Below are positions 10,808-20,343 of a DNA stretch of 64,000 nucleotides, piece after piece. How positions within the stretch are numbered: the first letter of the stretch is position 1; the number at the start of each line of letters is the position of its first letter. Source of the DNA: an uncultured Pelagibacteraceae bacterium (GTDB taxonomy: Bacteria; Pseudomonadota; Alphaproteobacteria; Pelagibacterales; Pelagibacteraceae); NCBI GenBank assembly GCA_902606115.1, contig CACLFM010000006.1, positions 453 to 64,452 on the forward strand, in the 5' to 3' direction. A program made the position numbers and the translations under genes. The notes beneath the pieces were generated by a model that did not search any database, was not told the DNA's origin, and was given only the letters and a program-made list of their open reading frames with translations.

Positions 10808-11179
10808 ATGACAAATTTTGAAAAAGTTGGATTGTTTATGTCTACATTTGGGCAAGATATTAAAAAAAAAGCAAGCTTAAGTAGTGATAAAATTAATGAT
10901 TTAAGAATTAACTTAATTGAAGAAGAGCTTAACGAATTCAAAGAAGCTGTTTCAAAAAAAGATTTAAAGGAAGTGGCCGATGCACTGACAGATATTTTAT
11001 ATGTTACTTATGGTGCGGGGCATGCATTTGGTATTAATTTAGATGACTGTTTTGAGGAAGTTCAAAAATCTAATATGAGTAAATTAGGTGATGATGGAAA
11101 TCCAATTTATAATGAACAAGGAAAAGTTATGAAAGGACCAAAATATTTTAAACCAGATTTAAAAAAATTTTTACTTTAA
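10808..11179 (+). CDS. MazG-like nucleoside triphosphate pyrophosphohydrolase (PRA-PH-like / DR2231-like)
   Basis: LIEEELNE, EVADALTDILYVTYG, EVQKSNMSK, GKVMKGP motifs; AGGAG RBS upstream. Confidence 0.85.
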   Translation: MTNFEKVGLFMSTFGQDIKKKASLSSDKINDLRINLIEEELNEFKEAVSKKDLKEVADALTDILYVTYGAGHAFGINLDDCFEEVQKSNMSKLGDDGNPIYNEQGKVMKGPKYFKPDLKKFLL

Positions 11180-11180
11180 T

Positions 11181-11477
11181 TTAATTATTTAGAATAAAAA
11201 TCAGTACATCGCTTATTAAGTACATGGATACAGTAAATCCAATAAAAAAGTTCCAATACATAAAGGAAACAGTTCTGTTTCTAATTCTTCTTTTTCTTAC
11301 AAACTCTTTATCATCTAAGTCCGAGACATCTCTAACCCCTTTCACCTGGTAATCATATGACCATCTCCATACAGAATTTCCAAATCTTTCATCTGTCTTA
11401 TTATAATATCTAATCCATGCAGTTATATATCGATGCAAAAGATAAATTATAAACAAAGCAAAAAATCCTGAAAACAT
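11181..11477 (-). CDS. Small hypothetical membrane protein (2 TM)
   Basis: 98-aa ORF with hydrophobic N- and C-terminal segments, downstream of tmRNA. Confidence 0.6.
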   Translation of the reverse strand: MFSGFFALFIIYLLHRYITAWIRYYNKTDERFGNSVWRWSYDYQVKGVRDVSDLDDKEFVRKRRIRNRTVSFMYWNFFIGFTVSMYLISDVLIFILNN

Positions 11478-11512
11478 AATATTAAACTATAAAATTATTA
11501 TATAAAAAAAAA

Positions 11513-11775
11513 GGGGCGTTCTGTTGCCAGGTGCCCCGAACCCCGTAACTTAATTAAAAAAATTAATTAAGCTGCAAGAGCAAATTTATCATTTGCAATT
11601 ATAAATAGCCCGTTACGGTGGAACTATTCCGAACGAAAGAAAGACTTTTAGACATCCGTCGATCCTAGTTCACCCCCATAAGTTGTAAATTTTTGGTGGA
11701 GGTGGTGGGTACTGCCCCCACGTCCGCAATGTTTATTACGAAATTCGTTTATCGTCGTAGTTGGAAAACCAACAC
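11513..11775 (-). ncRNA. ssrA: Two-piece (circularly permuted) tmRNA
   Basis: On the minus strand the acceptor piece ends GACGTGGGGGCAGTACCCACCACCTCCACCA (CCA at 11696-11694). A 16-nt intervening segment follows, then the piece beginning GGGGGTGAACTAGGATCGAC at 11677. The tag frame 11596-11567 reads ANDKFALAA*. It ends in a GGGGC...GCCCC-U-run hairpin. Outer ends are approximate. Confidence 0.95.
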
Positions 11776-11817
11776 ATATAATATAAAAGTAATTATATTA
11801 GATTCAATAATTAATTC

Positions 11818-12765
11818 ATGAAACTTACAAATGAACAAGAGCAGGAAATAAAGGATTTACAATCCCAGGAAAACAAAACTAAAAGAGTAGTTGCTCCAGA
11901 ACTTGAGAAAATTCTCTATGATGCAATTTCCGTTTTAGATCATGGATTTGTTAGAGTTATAGATTATATGGGTGATGATACCTCAATAGTGCAAGCAGCA
12001 AGAGTATCATACGGTAAGGGGACTAAAAAAGTTTCAACAGATAGTGGTTTGATAAAATATTTAATGAGGCATTGGCACAGCACTCCTTTTGAAATGTGTG
12101 AAATTAAATACCATGTGAAGTTACCAATATTTATTGCCAGACAATGGATAAGACATAGAACAGCAAACGTAAATGAATATTCGGCAAGATATTCAATTTT
12201 AGATAAAGAATTCTATCTTCCAAAAAACGAAAATCTTGCTGCACAATCTAAAAGCAACAGACAGGGTAGAGGAGAAGTTCTTCAAGGAGAACAAGCAAAA
12301 AAAGTTTTAAATCTTTTAAAACATGATGCAGAAAGAACTTATGAAAATTATGAAACAATGTTGAATGAAAGATATGATGGTTCAATAGTTGATGAAAAGG
12401 AAACTGGACTTGCAAGAGAACTTGCAAGAATGAATTTGACTTTAAATACTTATACCCAATGGTATTGGAAAACAGATCTTTTAAATTTAATGAATTTTTT
12501 AAGACTAAGAGCCGACCATCACGCGCAATATGAAATAAGAGCTTATGCTGATGTGATGTTAGACACACTAAAAAGATGGGTTCCAATTACTTACGATGCA
12601 TTTATGGATTATAGAGTAGGTGGAACAGAAGTTTCATCTAAGGGTAAAAAAATTATTCAAAAGCTAATCATTGGTGAAAAAGTAGAGGTTGATCAGTCAG
12701 GCCTATCAAAAAGAGAGTGGAATGAGCTTATGTCTGCACTAGAACTTAAAGATAAATTGATTTAG
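11818..12765 (+). CDS. thyX: FAD-dependent thymidylate synthase
   Basis: [29 protein letters not shown] (RHRx7S motif), ELAR..L, AQYEIR. Confidence 0.97.
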   Translation: MKLTNEQEQEIKDLQSQENKTKRVVAPELEKILYDAISVLDHGFVRVIDYMGDDTSIVQAARVSYGKGTKKVSTDSGLIKYLMRHWHSTPFEMCEIKYHVKLPIFIARQWIRHRTANVNEYSARYSILDKEFYLPKNENLAAQSKSNRQGRGEVLQGEQAKKVLNLLKHDAERTYENYETMLNERYDGSIVDEKETGLARELARMNLTLNTYTQWYWKTDLLNLMNFLRLRADHHAQYEIRAYADVMLDTLKRWVPITYDAFMDYRVGGTEVSSKGKKIIQKLIIGEKVEVDQSGLSKREWNELMSALELKDKLI

Positions 12766-12798
12766 AATAAACACACTTTTTTATATCGGTGATTTAAA

Positions 12799-14946
12799 AT
12801 GAGTCTCATTAAGACAGATTTATTAATAAAATATTTTAAAATAATATTTTTAATTATTTTAGTTTTTTCAAACACAACTACTTTTGGTGCTGTTTCCTCT
12901 CTTGTTGGACAACATAACTGGGACATTACTCAACAGAAGCAGCCAACTGGAGTTTTATTTAACCCTGATGGAACTAAAATGTACAGCACCGGTATAACCC
13001 AAAATAAAATTTATATGTATAGTTTGACATCGCCTTTTGTCGTTACTACAGCAACATATGCATCGAAAACATGTGATTTAGAAGGTGAAAATGATGCATT
13101 AATGTTCAGATTTAACTCTAATGGAACTGCAATGTTCGTACTTGATACAAAGTCCACTGAGACCATAGACAAGTATTCATTAACTACAGCCTACGACATT
13201 TCTACTTGTACATTTGTAACTGGAAGCTCACAAGATTTCGGTGAAGGATTGGAGATGAGGTCTTTTGCATTTAGTAATGATGGTCTTAAGATTTTCATTT
13301 TTGACCAAGATGGAAATAGCAATAAACATTCAATTAAACAGTATTCACTTTCAAGTTCATTCGACTTATCAAATCCGACTTTAACAACAGATTATATAGG
13401 TCACAATGGTGATTTGAATTCAATAGAAGATTTTGCGCAAGGGTTAGAATTCAGTTCTGATGGATCAAAAATGTTTATAACCGGAAATAATGAAGATACT
13501 ATTCTGGAATTTAGTTTATCAAATCCATTCGATCTGACAGCAACTGTAACTTATGAAGGAGAGTATATTGTAAATGATGTTGTAGAACTAGCAGCTATAA
13601 CATTTAGTACAGACGGTTCTAAAATGATAGTCGCAGATTGGAAAAATACTGACGCAACTCGAGGTGTCTATCAATATGATTTAACTTGTGGTTTTGGAGT
13701 GGTTAAATGCATTGATCCAACAGCAAATAAAGATGATGTAGCATCAATAGAATCTCAATCTGAAAGTGCAAAAAAACTAATACAACACACCACATACCCA
13801 GTGGTGAATCGTATGGGATGGTTAAGAAGAAATAACAATAGAGGAAATTTAACCAATCAAAATATTAAATTTCAATTTAAAAATGAAGTTTTAAATTCTT
13901 TATCTAAAACGTTGTTACCAGTTTATTTATCTAATTATGATTCATTAAACAAAGACAATCAAAATTCTAGTTGGTCTCTATGGAGCGAAGGGACTATTAG
14001 TGTAGGTAAAATAGGTGATACCTCTGTTTCATCTTCGAAAAATATCAATACCTCAGCAATTACTCTAGGTGCAGATAAAAGAGGCAAAGATAATATAATG
14101 AGAGGTATCGCGTTAAGATTTGGAAGTGATGATGTTGACGTGGGAAACCTTGGTAGTGCATTGAATATGAGTGCATTTAGTCTAACTTTTTATGAGACTA
14201 AACCAAAAAGAGAAGAAAGATTTATTGATCACTTGTTAGGCTTAAGTTTCATAAATTCTGATTTAATTAATAATAGTGGCTCTACTTCAACCAATGGCGA
14301 AAGGTCTGGGGAACAATTATATGGTTCTTTTAGTTTAAGAGATACTCTTTCACAAAATAATTTAAATTTTACACCTAAAATAAAAATAGATTACGGTCTA
14401 ACGCACTTTGCAGAATATACCGAAACTGGCGCTGTAGGTTTAAATTTAAAATTTAAAGATCAATATATTGGAAATTTTATTACTTCAGTTGGTGCCAATA
14501 TTGATAAAAACTTTGAACTAAAAAATAAATCTTTTTTGCCTTTTTTTGATTTTAATTACTCTGCTGATATGAGTCCATCAACAAAACAAAAATTTTCATA
14601 CGCATCAAGCGGAGACAAATACACTTTAGATAACATTAATAATGACACTCATAGTATTCATGCTGGTATAGGTTTTGATTTAATTACAGATAGCGGTTTT
14701 AACTTAATGACGAAGTACACTAGAGATCAATCCAAAGGAGGCGGTTATAATGACAATTTTTTAATTGCGGGAGATTATAGATCCTCACATAATTCATCAT
14801 ATGTACTCTCTGTTCATGAAACTTCAACTGAAATCTCTTATAAAAACAATTATAACACTTTAAATATTGATGTTTCAGGTAACTTAGATTTGTTTGCTGA
14901 GGATCCAGAATATGGTATTTTTTTGAAAATTTATACGATTAAATAA
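12799..14946 (+). CDS. Autotransporter (type Va-like) with beta-propeller repeat passenger
   Basis: Signal peptide. Five repeats of F(N/S)xDG(T/S)KM(F/Y) with Y(S)L(S/T)xP(F/Y)DL(S/T) partners. C-terminal autotransporter-like barrel starting WSLWSEGTISVG..GD, with alternating beta-strand pattern. Confidence 0.8.
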   Translation: MSLIKTDLLIKYFKIIFLIILVFSNTTTFGAVSSLVGQHNWDITQQKQPTGVLFNPDGTKMYSTGITQNKIYMYSLTSPFVVTTATYASKTCDLEGENDALMFRFNSNGTAMFVLDTKSTETIDKYSLTTAYDISTCTFVTGSSQDFGEGLEMRSFAFSNDGLKIFIFDQDGNSNKHSIKQYSLSSSFDLSNPTLTTDYIGHNGDLNSIEDFAQGLEFSSDGSKMFITGNNEDTILEFSLSNPFDLTATVTYEGEYIVNDVVELAAITFSTDGSKMIVADWKNTDATRGVYQYDLTCGFGVVKCIDPTANKDDVASIESQSESAKKLIQHTTYPVVNRMGWLRRNNNRGNLTNQNIKFQFKNEVLNSLSKTLLPVYLSNYDSLNKDNQNSSWSLWSEGTISVGKIGDTSVSSSKNINTSAITLGADKRGKDNIMRGIALRFGSDDVDVGNLGSALNMSAFSLTFYETKPKREERFIDHLLGLSFINSDLINNSGSTSTNGERSGEQLYGSFSLRDTLSQNNLNFTPKIKIDYGLTHFAEYTETGAVGLNLKFKDQYIGNFITSVGANIDKNFELKNKSFLPFFDFNYSADMSPSTKQKFSYASSGDKYTLDNINNDTHSIHAGIGFDLITDSGFNLMTKYTRDQSKGGGYNDNFLIAGDYRSSHNSSYVLSVHETSTEISYKNNYNTLNIDVSGNLDLFAEDPEYGIFLKIYTIK

Positions 14947-14948
14947 GC

Positions 14949-15746
14949 TTAATTTTCAATGAACATAGATTTAATTTTTTTTGCAATATTTAAATAAATT
15001 CTAGAAATTTCATTATCTGGATTGCTTTCAACAATTGGCTTTCCTTGATCACCTGATTTACCAACTTCAGGATCAATAGGAATTTCACACAAAAATTCTT
15101 TTTTAAATTCCTCAGCTGTTCTTTTAACTCCACCTTCTCCAAAAATTGGATATTTTTTTCCATCTTCTCCCTTGAAAAAACTCATGTTATCCACTAGTCC
15201 AATAATTTTTATCCCTAATTTATCAAACATTCTTATTCCTCTTTTAACGTCTTGGAGCGCAAGTTCTTGTGGAGTTGAAACAATTACAGCTCCATCCATC
15301 TCAATCTCTTGAGCAAAAGTTAATTGTGTGTCTCCTGTTCCTGGAGGCATATCCACAATAATAAAATCTAAATTGTTCCAGCTTACCTTTTGAGCAAAAG
15401 TTTTTATGGTACTTGTAACCATTGGTCCCCTCCATATCATTGGAGTTTGTTCATCTGTTAAAAAACCAATAGACATACATTGAATATCATATTTCATTAT
15501 AGGTTTTAAATTTGAACCATCACTTTCAGGCTTTTGATTAATTGAAAAAAGTTTTGGCAATGATGGACCATAAATATCTGCATCCAATAATCCAACTTTA
15601 CAACCCAAATTTTTTAATGCTAAGGCTAAGTTTGTTGCGAAAGTTGATTTTCCAACACCTCCTTTTGCACTTGAAATTGCAATTGTAAACTTTGTGCCTG
15701 ATATTGGGTTTTTAACAAAGGTTTTTTTATAAGGTTTTCCTATCAT
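14949..15746 (-). CDS. mrp: Mrp/NBP35 (ApbC) Fe-S cluster carrier ATPase
   Basis: SAKGGVGKST, DADIYGPS, WRGPM, DMPPGTGD, VSTPQ. Start uncertain (ATG 15746 used). Confidence 0.92.
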   Translation of the reverse strand: MIGKPYKKTFVKNPISGTKFTIAISSAKGGVGKSTFATNLALALKNLGCKVGLLDADIYGPSLPKLFSINQKPESDGSNLKPIMKYDIQCMSIGFLTDEQTPMIWRGPMVTSTIKTFAQKVSWNNLDFIIVDMPPGTGDTQLTFAQEIEMDGAVIVSTPQELALQDVKRGIRMFDKLGIKIIGLVDNMSFFKGEDGKKYPIFGEGGVKRTAEEFKKEFLCEIPIDPEVGKSGDQGKPIVESNPDNEISRIYLNIAKKIKSMFIEN

Positions 15747-15827
15747 TGCTACATTAAGTCCAGTTTTTTTGGGTTTCTTGTAACATACTAAACTTGTTTT
15801 TCCCAACAAAGACACTATATAAAGTGC

Positions 15828-16925
15828 ATGGTTGATGATTTTAGAAGTAGAGGCGGTAGTCCATGGGGATCTCCTCCAGGAGGTAGTGGAAATGGATCTG
15901 GCAGAAGAGGACCTACTCCACCAAACATAGATGAGATAATAAAAAATTTACAAGACAAGATTAATAAATTTTTACCAGGTGGTGCGTCTAAGGGCGGGAA
16001 ACCACTTATTTTTGGAGCCTCAATATTATTAATAATTTGGGCATTAAGCGGATTATATCGTGTTTTACCAGATGAACAGGGTGTTGTTTTAAGATTCGGA
16101 AAATTTATATCAACTACTCAACCAGGTTTGAACTATCATATTCCTTTTCCAATCGAGAGTGTTATTACACCTAAAGTTACAAAAGTTAACAGGATAGATA
16201 TTGGGTTTAGATCAGAAAGAGACTCAGGGTTTAGTTCAGGTGTTGTTGCAGACGTACCTGAAGAAAGTTTAATGTTAACCGGGGATGAAAATATTGTTAA
16301 TATAGATTTTTCAGTTTTTTGGGTAATAAAAGATGCTGGGCAATTTTTGTTTAAAATTCAAGATCCAGAAGGAACTGTAAAAGCTGCAGCGGAAACTGCA
16401 ATGAGAGAAGTTATAGCAAAAAGCAATATCCAACCAATTTTAACAGAAGGTAGATCGGTTATTGAACAAGAAACTGAAACAATTATTCAACAAATTTTAG
16501 ATGAATATCAAAGTGGTATCCAAGTTACTCAAGTACAAACTCAAAAAGCTGACCCACCTGACCAAGTGATAGATGCGTTTAGAGATGTCCAAGCTGCAAG
16601 AGCTGATATGGAGAGATCCAAAAACGAGGCAGAAGCTTATTCAAATGATGTCATACCAAGAGCAAGAGGTGAGGCGGCAAAAATTTTACAGGCTGCAGAA
16701 GCATATAAAAAAGAAGTAGTTGCGAAAGCAGAAGGTGAAGCTAGTAGATTTTTATCAATTTTTAATGAATATAAAAATGCAAAACAAGTTACTCAAGAGA
16801 GAATGTATCTTGAGACTATGGAAAAAGTTCTAGCTGATATTGATAAAGTTATAATTGATAAAGATTCAGGATCGGGCGTTGTGCCTTATCTACCTTTACC
16901 AGAATTAAAGAAGAAAATTAATTAA
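15828..16925 (+). CDS. hflK: FtsH protease modulator HflK
   Basis: Gly-rich N-terminus with PWG, SPFH domain, MLTGDENIV, IPRARGEA, RMYLETME. Confidence 0.96.
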   Translation: MVDDFRSRGGSPWGSPPGGSGNGSGRRGPTPPNIDEIIKNLQDKINKFLPGGASKGGKPLIFGASILLIIWALSGLYRVLPDEQGVVLRFGKFISTTQPGLNYHIPFPIESVITPKVTKVNRIDIGFRSERDSGFSSGVVADVPEESLMLTGDENIVNIDFSVFWVIKDAGQFLFKIQDPEGTVKAAAETAMREVIAKSNIQPILTEGRSVIEQETETIIQQILDEYQSGIQVTQVQTQKADPPDQVIDAFRDVQAARADMERSKNEAEAYSNDVIPRARGEAAKILQAAEAYKKEVVAKAEGEASRFLSIFNEYKNAKQVTQERMYLETMEKVLADIDKVIIDKDSGSGVVPYLPLPELKKKIN

Positions 16926-16926
16926 T

Positions 16927-17796
16927 ATGAAAAAATTTGTATTACCAATTATACTTGTTATATCCTTTACAGCTTTCTTTTCTATTTTCATTGTCAAAGA
17001 GGTAAATCAAGCTATCGTACTTCAGTTTGGTGATCCAAAGAAGATTATTCTAAAGCCAGGTATTAATTTTAAATTACCTTTTATACAGAATGTAGTATAT
17101 CTAGATAAAAGAATATTAAATCTAGACACACCACCAGAAGAAGTCATTGCATCAGACCAAAAACGATTAATTGTTGATGCTTTTGCGAGATTCCAAATTA
17201 TAGACCCTCTAAAATTTTATATATCAGTTGGTAATGAAAGAGTAGCCAGATCAAGACTTTCAACAATTATAAACTCAAGAATTAGAAACGTTTTAGGTCA
17301 ACAAGAGTTACAAACTCTTTTATCTCAAGATAGAACTAAACAAATGGCTTTAATCCAAGAAGGTGTGAATAATGAAGCTGAAAACTTTGGTATAAAAATA
17401 GTTGATGTAAGAATTAAAAGAGCTGACTTACCGCAAGCTAATAGTGATGCAATTTATAGAAGAATGCAGACTGAAAGAGAGAGAGAAGCAAAAGAATTTA
17501 GAGCAAAAGGTGCAGAAATGGCTGTAACAATAACATCAACAGCCGACAAAGAAGTCACAGTTATCTTAGCTGATGCTGAAAAAAAATCTCAAATTATGAA
17601 AGGTGAAGGAGACGGTAAAAGAAATAAAATTTTCGCTGACGCTTTTGGACAAGACCCTGATTTCTTTGCTTTTTACAGAGCAATGCAAGCTTACGAGAAA
17701 GCACTTATAGGTGGTGAAACATCTTTAATTCTCTCTCCAGATAGTGAATTTTTTAAATTTTTCGGAAATATAAAAGCAAAACAAACAAATCAATAA
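16927..17796 (+). CDS. hflC: FtsH protease modulator HflC
   Basis: SPFH domain, DVRIKRADLP, RM.TERERE A.EFRA.G, DPDFFAFYR. Confidence 0.96.
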   Translation: MKKFVLPIILVISFTAFFSIFIVKEVNQAIVLQFGDPKKIILKPGINFKLPFIQNVVYLDKRILNLDTPPEEVIASDQKRLIVDAFARFQIIDPLKFYISVGNERVARSRLSTIINSRIRNVLGQQELQTLLSQDRTKQMALIQEGVNNEAENFGIKIVDVRIKRADLPQANSDAIYRRMQTEREREAKEFRAKGAEMAVTITSTADKEVTVILADAEKKSQIMKGEGDGKRNKIFADAFGQDPDFFAFYRAMQAYEKALIGGETSLILSPDSEFFKFFGNIKAKQTNQ

Positions 17797-17800
17797 AAAC

Positions 17801-17989
17801 ATGAAGGAAATAATAGTCGCTTTTGGACTATTTTTATTTATTGAAGGTTCTTTGTATGCTTTATTTCCCTCAAAAATGAGGAATATGTTAGAAAACCTTA
17901 AACTTATAAAAAACGCTCAATTAAGAGTTGGAGGCTTTATATTTGCGTTGGTAGGATTTTTAATTATTTGGTACATGAAAGTTTTATGA
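17801..17989 (+). CDS. DUF2065 family small membrane protein
   Basis: GL.LFIEG.LYALFP...LR..G pattern, at the conserved position after hflC. Confidence 0.85.
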   Translation: MKEIIVAFGLFLFIEGSLYALFPSKMRNMLENLKLIKNAQLRVGGFIFALVGFLIIWYMKVL

Positions 17990-19392
17990 GAATTATTTTT
18001 AAAAAATATGTCAGTTTAATATTAGTTATTTCTTTAGCGATAATATCTCCGACTAATTCACAAGACAGGCCAGCTTCATTTGCTGATTTAGCGGATAAAT
18101 TAATCCCATCTGTGGTAAATATTTCAACTACCACAACTATTGTACAAAATACCAACCCTTTTCCTTTTGAATTTCCTCCAGGTTCACCATTTGGAGACAT
18201 GTTTAAAGAATTTGGTTCGCCCCAAAAAAGAAAAGCAAGCGCTTTAGGCTCTGGTTTTGTGATTGATGTCAATGGAACTATAATAACGAATAATCATGTA
18301 ATAAAAGGCGCAGAAGATATCGTTGTGAGATTTAGCAATGATAAAGAATATAAAGCTGAAATAATTGGCGCAGATCCATTATCTGACGTTGCAGTCTTAA
18401 AAATAAAATCTAATGAAAAATTTAAACCAGTTAAATTCGCAGACTCAGATAAAGCTAGAATAGGTGATTGGGTAATAGCAATTGGAAATCCTTTTGGTTT
18501 AGGAGGTACTGTAACCTCGGGTATAATCTCAGCAAGAAATAGAAATATTGGTTTATCAAGATATGAAGACTTTATTCAAACAGACGCATCAATTAATTCT
18601 GGTAATTCTGGGGGACCTTTATTTAATTTGGATGGAGATGTAATAGGTATTAATACCGCAATACTTGGACAACAAGGATCAATTGGTATTGGTTTTGCAA
18701 TTCCATCTAATAGTGCAAAACAAGTAATTAATCAGTTAATTGAATTTGGTGAAACAAAAAGAGGGTGGCTAGGTGTTAGAATTCAAAATGTAACAAAAGA
18801 AATAGCAGAAATTGAAAAACTCGGAGATACAGGCGGTGCTTTAGTTGCGAGTGTTGCTCCAGGAAGTCCTTCAGACAAAGGAGGAATTAAAGATGGAGAT
18901 ATCATACTAGAATTTGACGGAAAAAAAATAAATGAAATGCAGGAGTTACCTTTAATAGTAGCTCAAACAAAAGTTGGTAAAGTTGTCAAACTTAAAGTTT
19001 GGAGAAATAAAAAAAAGATCACAAAAACGATTACATTAGGTAGACTTGAGACTTCAGAAGACTTTAAGGCAGAAACTCCTAAGGCCCCGCAAGTTGAAAT
19101 TATTAATGCTTTAAAAATTGAAGTAAGGCCAACTACTAAAAATGATATTATGCAAAGACAGTTACCTCCAAATATATCAGGTCTAGTGATTACAAAAATA
19201 GAACCTAATAGCCCAGTAAATTATTTGAAAGTAAATGATATCATTGTTGAAGCAGGTAAGAGAAAAATTAAGTCACCTAATCAATTGAATAATTTAGTAA
19301 ACACAGCATTAAAATCTTCTAATAAAACAATACTGATTGCTATATTTAATAACCAGAATCAAAAAAGATATATAGGTGTTAAGCTAGATTAA
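17986..19392 (+). CDS. degP: Do/DegP/DegQ family periplasmic serine endoprotease
   Basis: GSGF, TNNHV, IQTDASINSGNSGGPL, two PDZ domains. Start at ATG 17986 overlaps the upstream stop. Confidence 0.93.
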   Translation: MRIIFKKYVSLILVISLAIISPTNSQDRPASFADLADKLIPSVVNISTTTTIVQNTNPFPFEFPPGSPFGDMFKEFGSPQKRKASALGSGFVIDVNGTIITNNHVIKGAEDIVVRFSNDKEYKAEIIGADPLSDVAVLKIKSNEKFKPVKFADSDKARIGDWVIAIGNPFGLGGTVTSGIISARNRNIGLSRYEDFIQTDASINSGNSGGPLFNLDGDVIGINTAILGQQGSIGIGFAIPSNSAKQVINQLIEFGETKRGWLGVRIQNVTKEIAEIEKLGDTGGALVASVAPGSPSDKGGIKDGDIILEFDGKKINEMQELPLIVAQTKVGKVVKLKVWRNKKKITKTITLGRLETSEDFKAETPKAPQVEIINALKIEVRPTTKNDIMQRQLPPNISGLVITKIEPNSPVNYLKVNDIIVEAGKRKIKSPNQLNNLVNTALKSSNKTILIAIFNNQNQKRYIGVKLD

Positions 19393-19393
19393 C

Positions 19394-20305
19394 ATGGACA
19401 TTAAGTCCAAAATAATTTTAATTTCAGGTCCCACAGCTTCAGGTAAATCAAAATTTGCATGTGACCTTGCAAAAAGAATTAATGGAGAAATTATTAACGC
19501 TGATAGCATGCAAATATTTAAAGAGATAAAAATTTTAAATACAAGGCCAACTAGAAAAGACAAATCAAATATTAAACATCACTTATATGGATTTCATAGT
19601 GTCAAAAAAAATTTTTCAGTGGGGGAATGGTTAAAAAAATGTTTAATAAAAATTTCAGAGATTAGAAAAAGAAAATGTGTACCAATTATTGTAGGTGGCA
19701 CTGGTCTATATTTTAAGTCTTTAGTTGATGGTTTAGCAAAAATACCAGATATAAATAAAAGCACTAGAGACAAAGTAAGAAAATTACAAAAAAAAATTGG
19801 TCAAACGAACTTTTATAAAAGACTAATAAAGTTAGACCCCTTGTGTAAAAAATATATAAATATCAATGATCAAAATAGATCAATTAGAGCATATGAAGTC
19901 TATGTTCAAACTAATAAATCTTTGTACAAATGGTTTAAGAATACAAAAATTTACTTCCATAAAAAAGAATTTGAGAAGATATTTATTGATATTCCAAGAG
20001 CAAATGTTGTTAAAAATATATCGTACAGGATAGATGAAATGATTAAAGCGGGGGCAATTCAAGAGGTAAAAAGGTTTAACAAACTCAAGGTAAAAAAAAT
20101 TAATAGCTCATGCAAGATAATTGGAATAAAAGAAATAAATGAATTGAAACCTGATAAGACGAATTTAAGTCTTATTAAAGAAAAAATTACTATAAAAACA
20201 AGGCAATATGCGAAAAGGCAGATGACTTGGTCAAGAGGTCATATGAAAGAGTGGCATAAGATTGCTCCAGACAACCTAAATTCTTTTCTAAAAAAGATTA
20301 GTTAA
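19394..20305 (+). CDS. miaA: tRNA dimethylallyltransferase
   Basis: GPTASGKS, NADSMQ, VGGTGLYF, TRQYAKRQMTW. Confidence 0.96.
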   Translation: MDIKSKIILISGPTASGKSKFACDLAKRINGEIINADSMQIFKEIKILNTRPTRKDKSNIKHHLYGFHSVKKNFSVGEWLKKCLIKISEIRKRKCVPIIVGGTGLYFKSLVDGLAKIPDINKSTRDKVRKLQKKIGQTNFYKRLIKLDPLCKKYININDQNRSIRAYEVYVQTNKSLYKWFKNTKIYFHKKEFEKIFIDIPRANVVKNISYRIDEMIKAGAIQEVKRFNKLKVKKINSSCKIIGIKEINELKPDKTNLSLIKEKITIKTRQYAKRQMTWSRGHMKEWHKIAPDNLNSFLKKIS

Positions 20306-20307
20306 CC

Positions 20308-20343
20308 TTGACCAATCAGCACAACTTCAGCTAGATTGGTAAA
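20308..20343 (+). promoter_or_regulatory. Putative sigma70 promoter of the ilv operon with an overlapping inverted repeat; probably leaderless
   Basis: TTGACC (20308-13), 18 nt, TAGATT (20332-37), then the ATG 6 nt later. ACCAATC...GATTGGT inverted repeat at 20311-20340. Confidence 0.5.

Noticed and set aside
11480-14946. Prophage or genomic island integrated at the tmRNA
   Set aside because: No integrase, no duplicated tmRNA 3' end seen and no phage structural genes; the flanks are housekeeping genes.
15747-15815. Longer or frameshifted N-terminus for Mrp (an out-of-frame ATG upstream of an A7 run)
   Set aside because: Cannot be distinguished from chance; an in-frame ATG at 15746 gives a complete ATPase domain.
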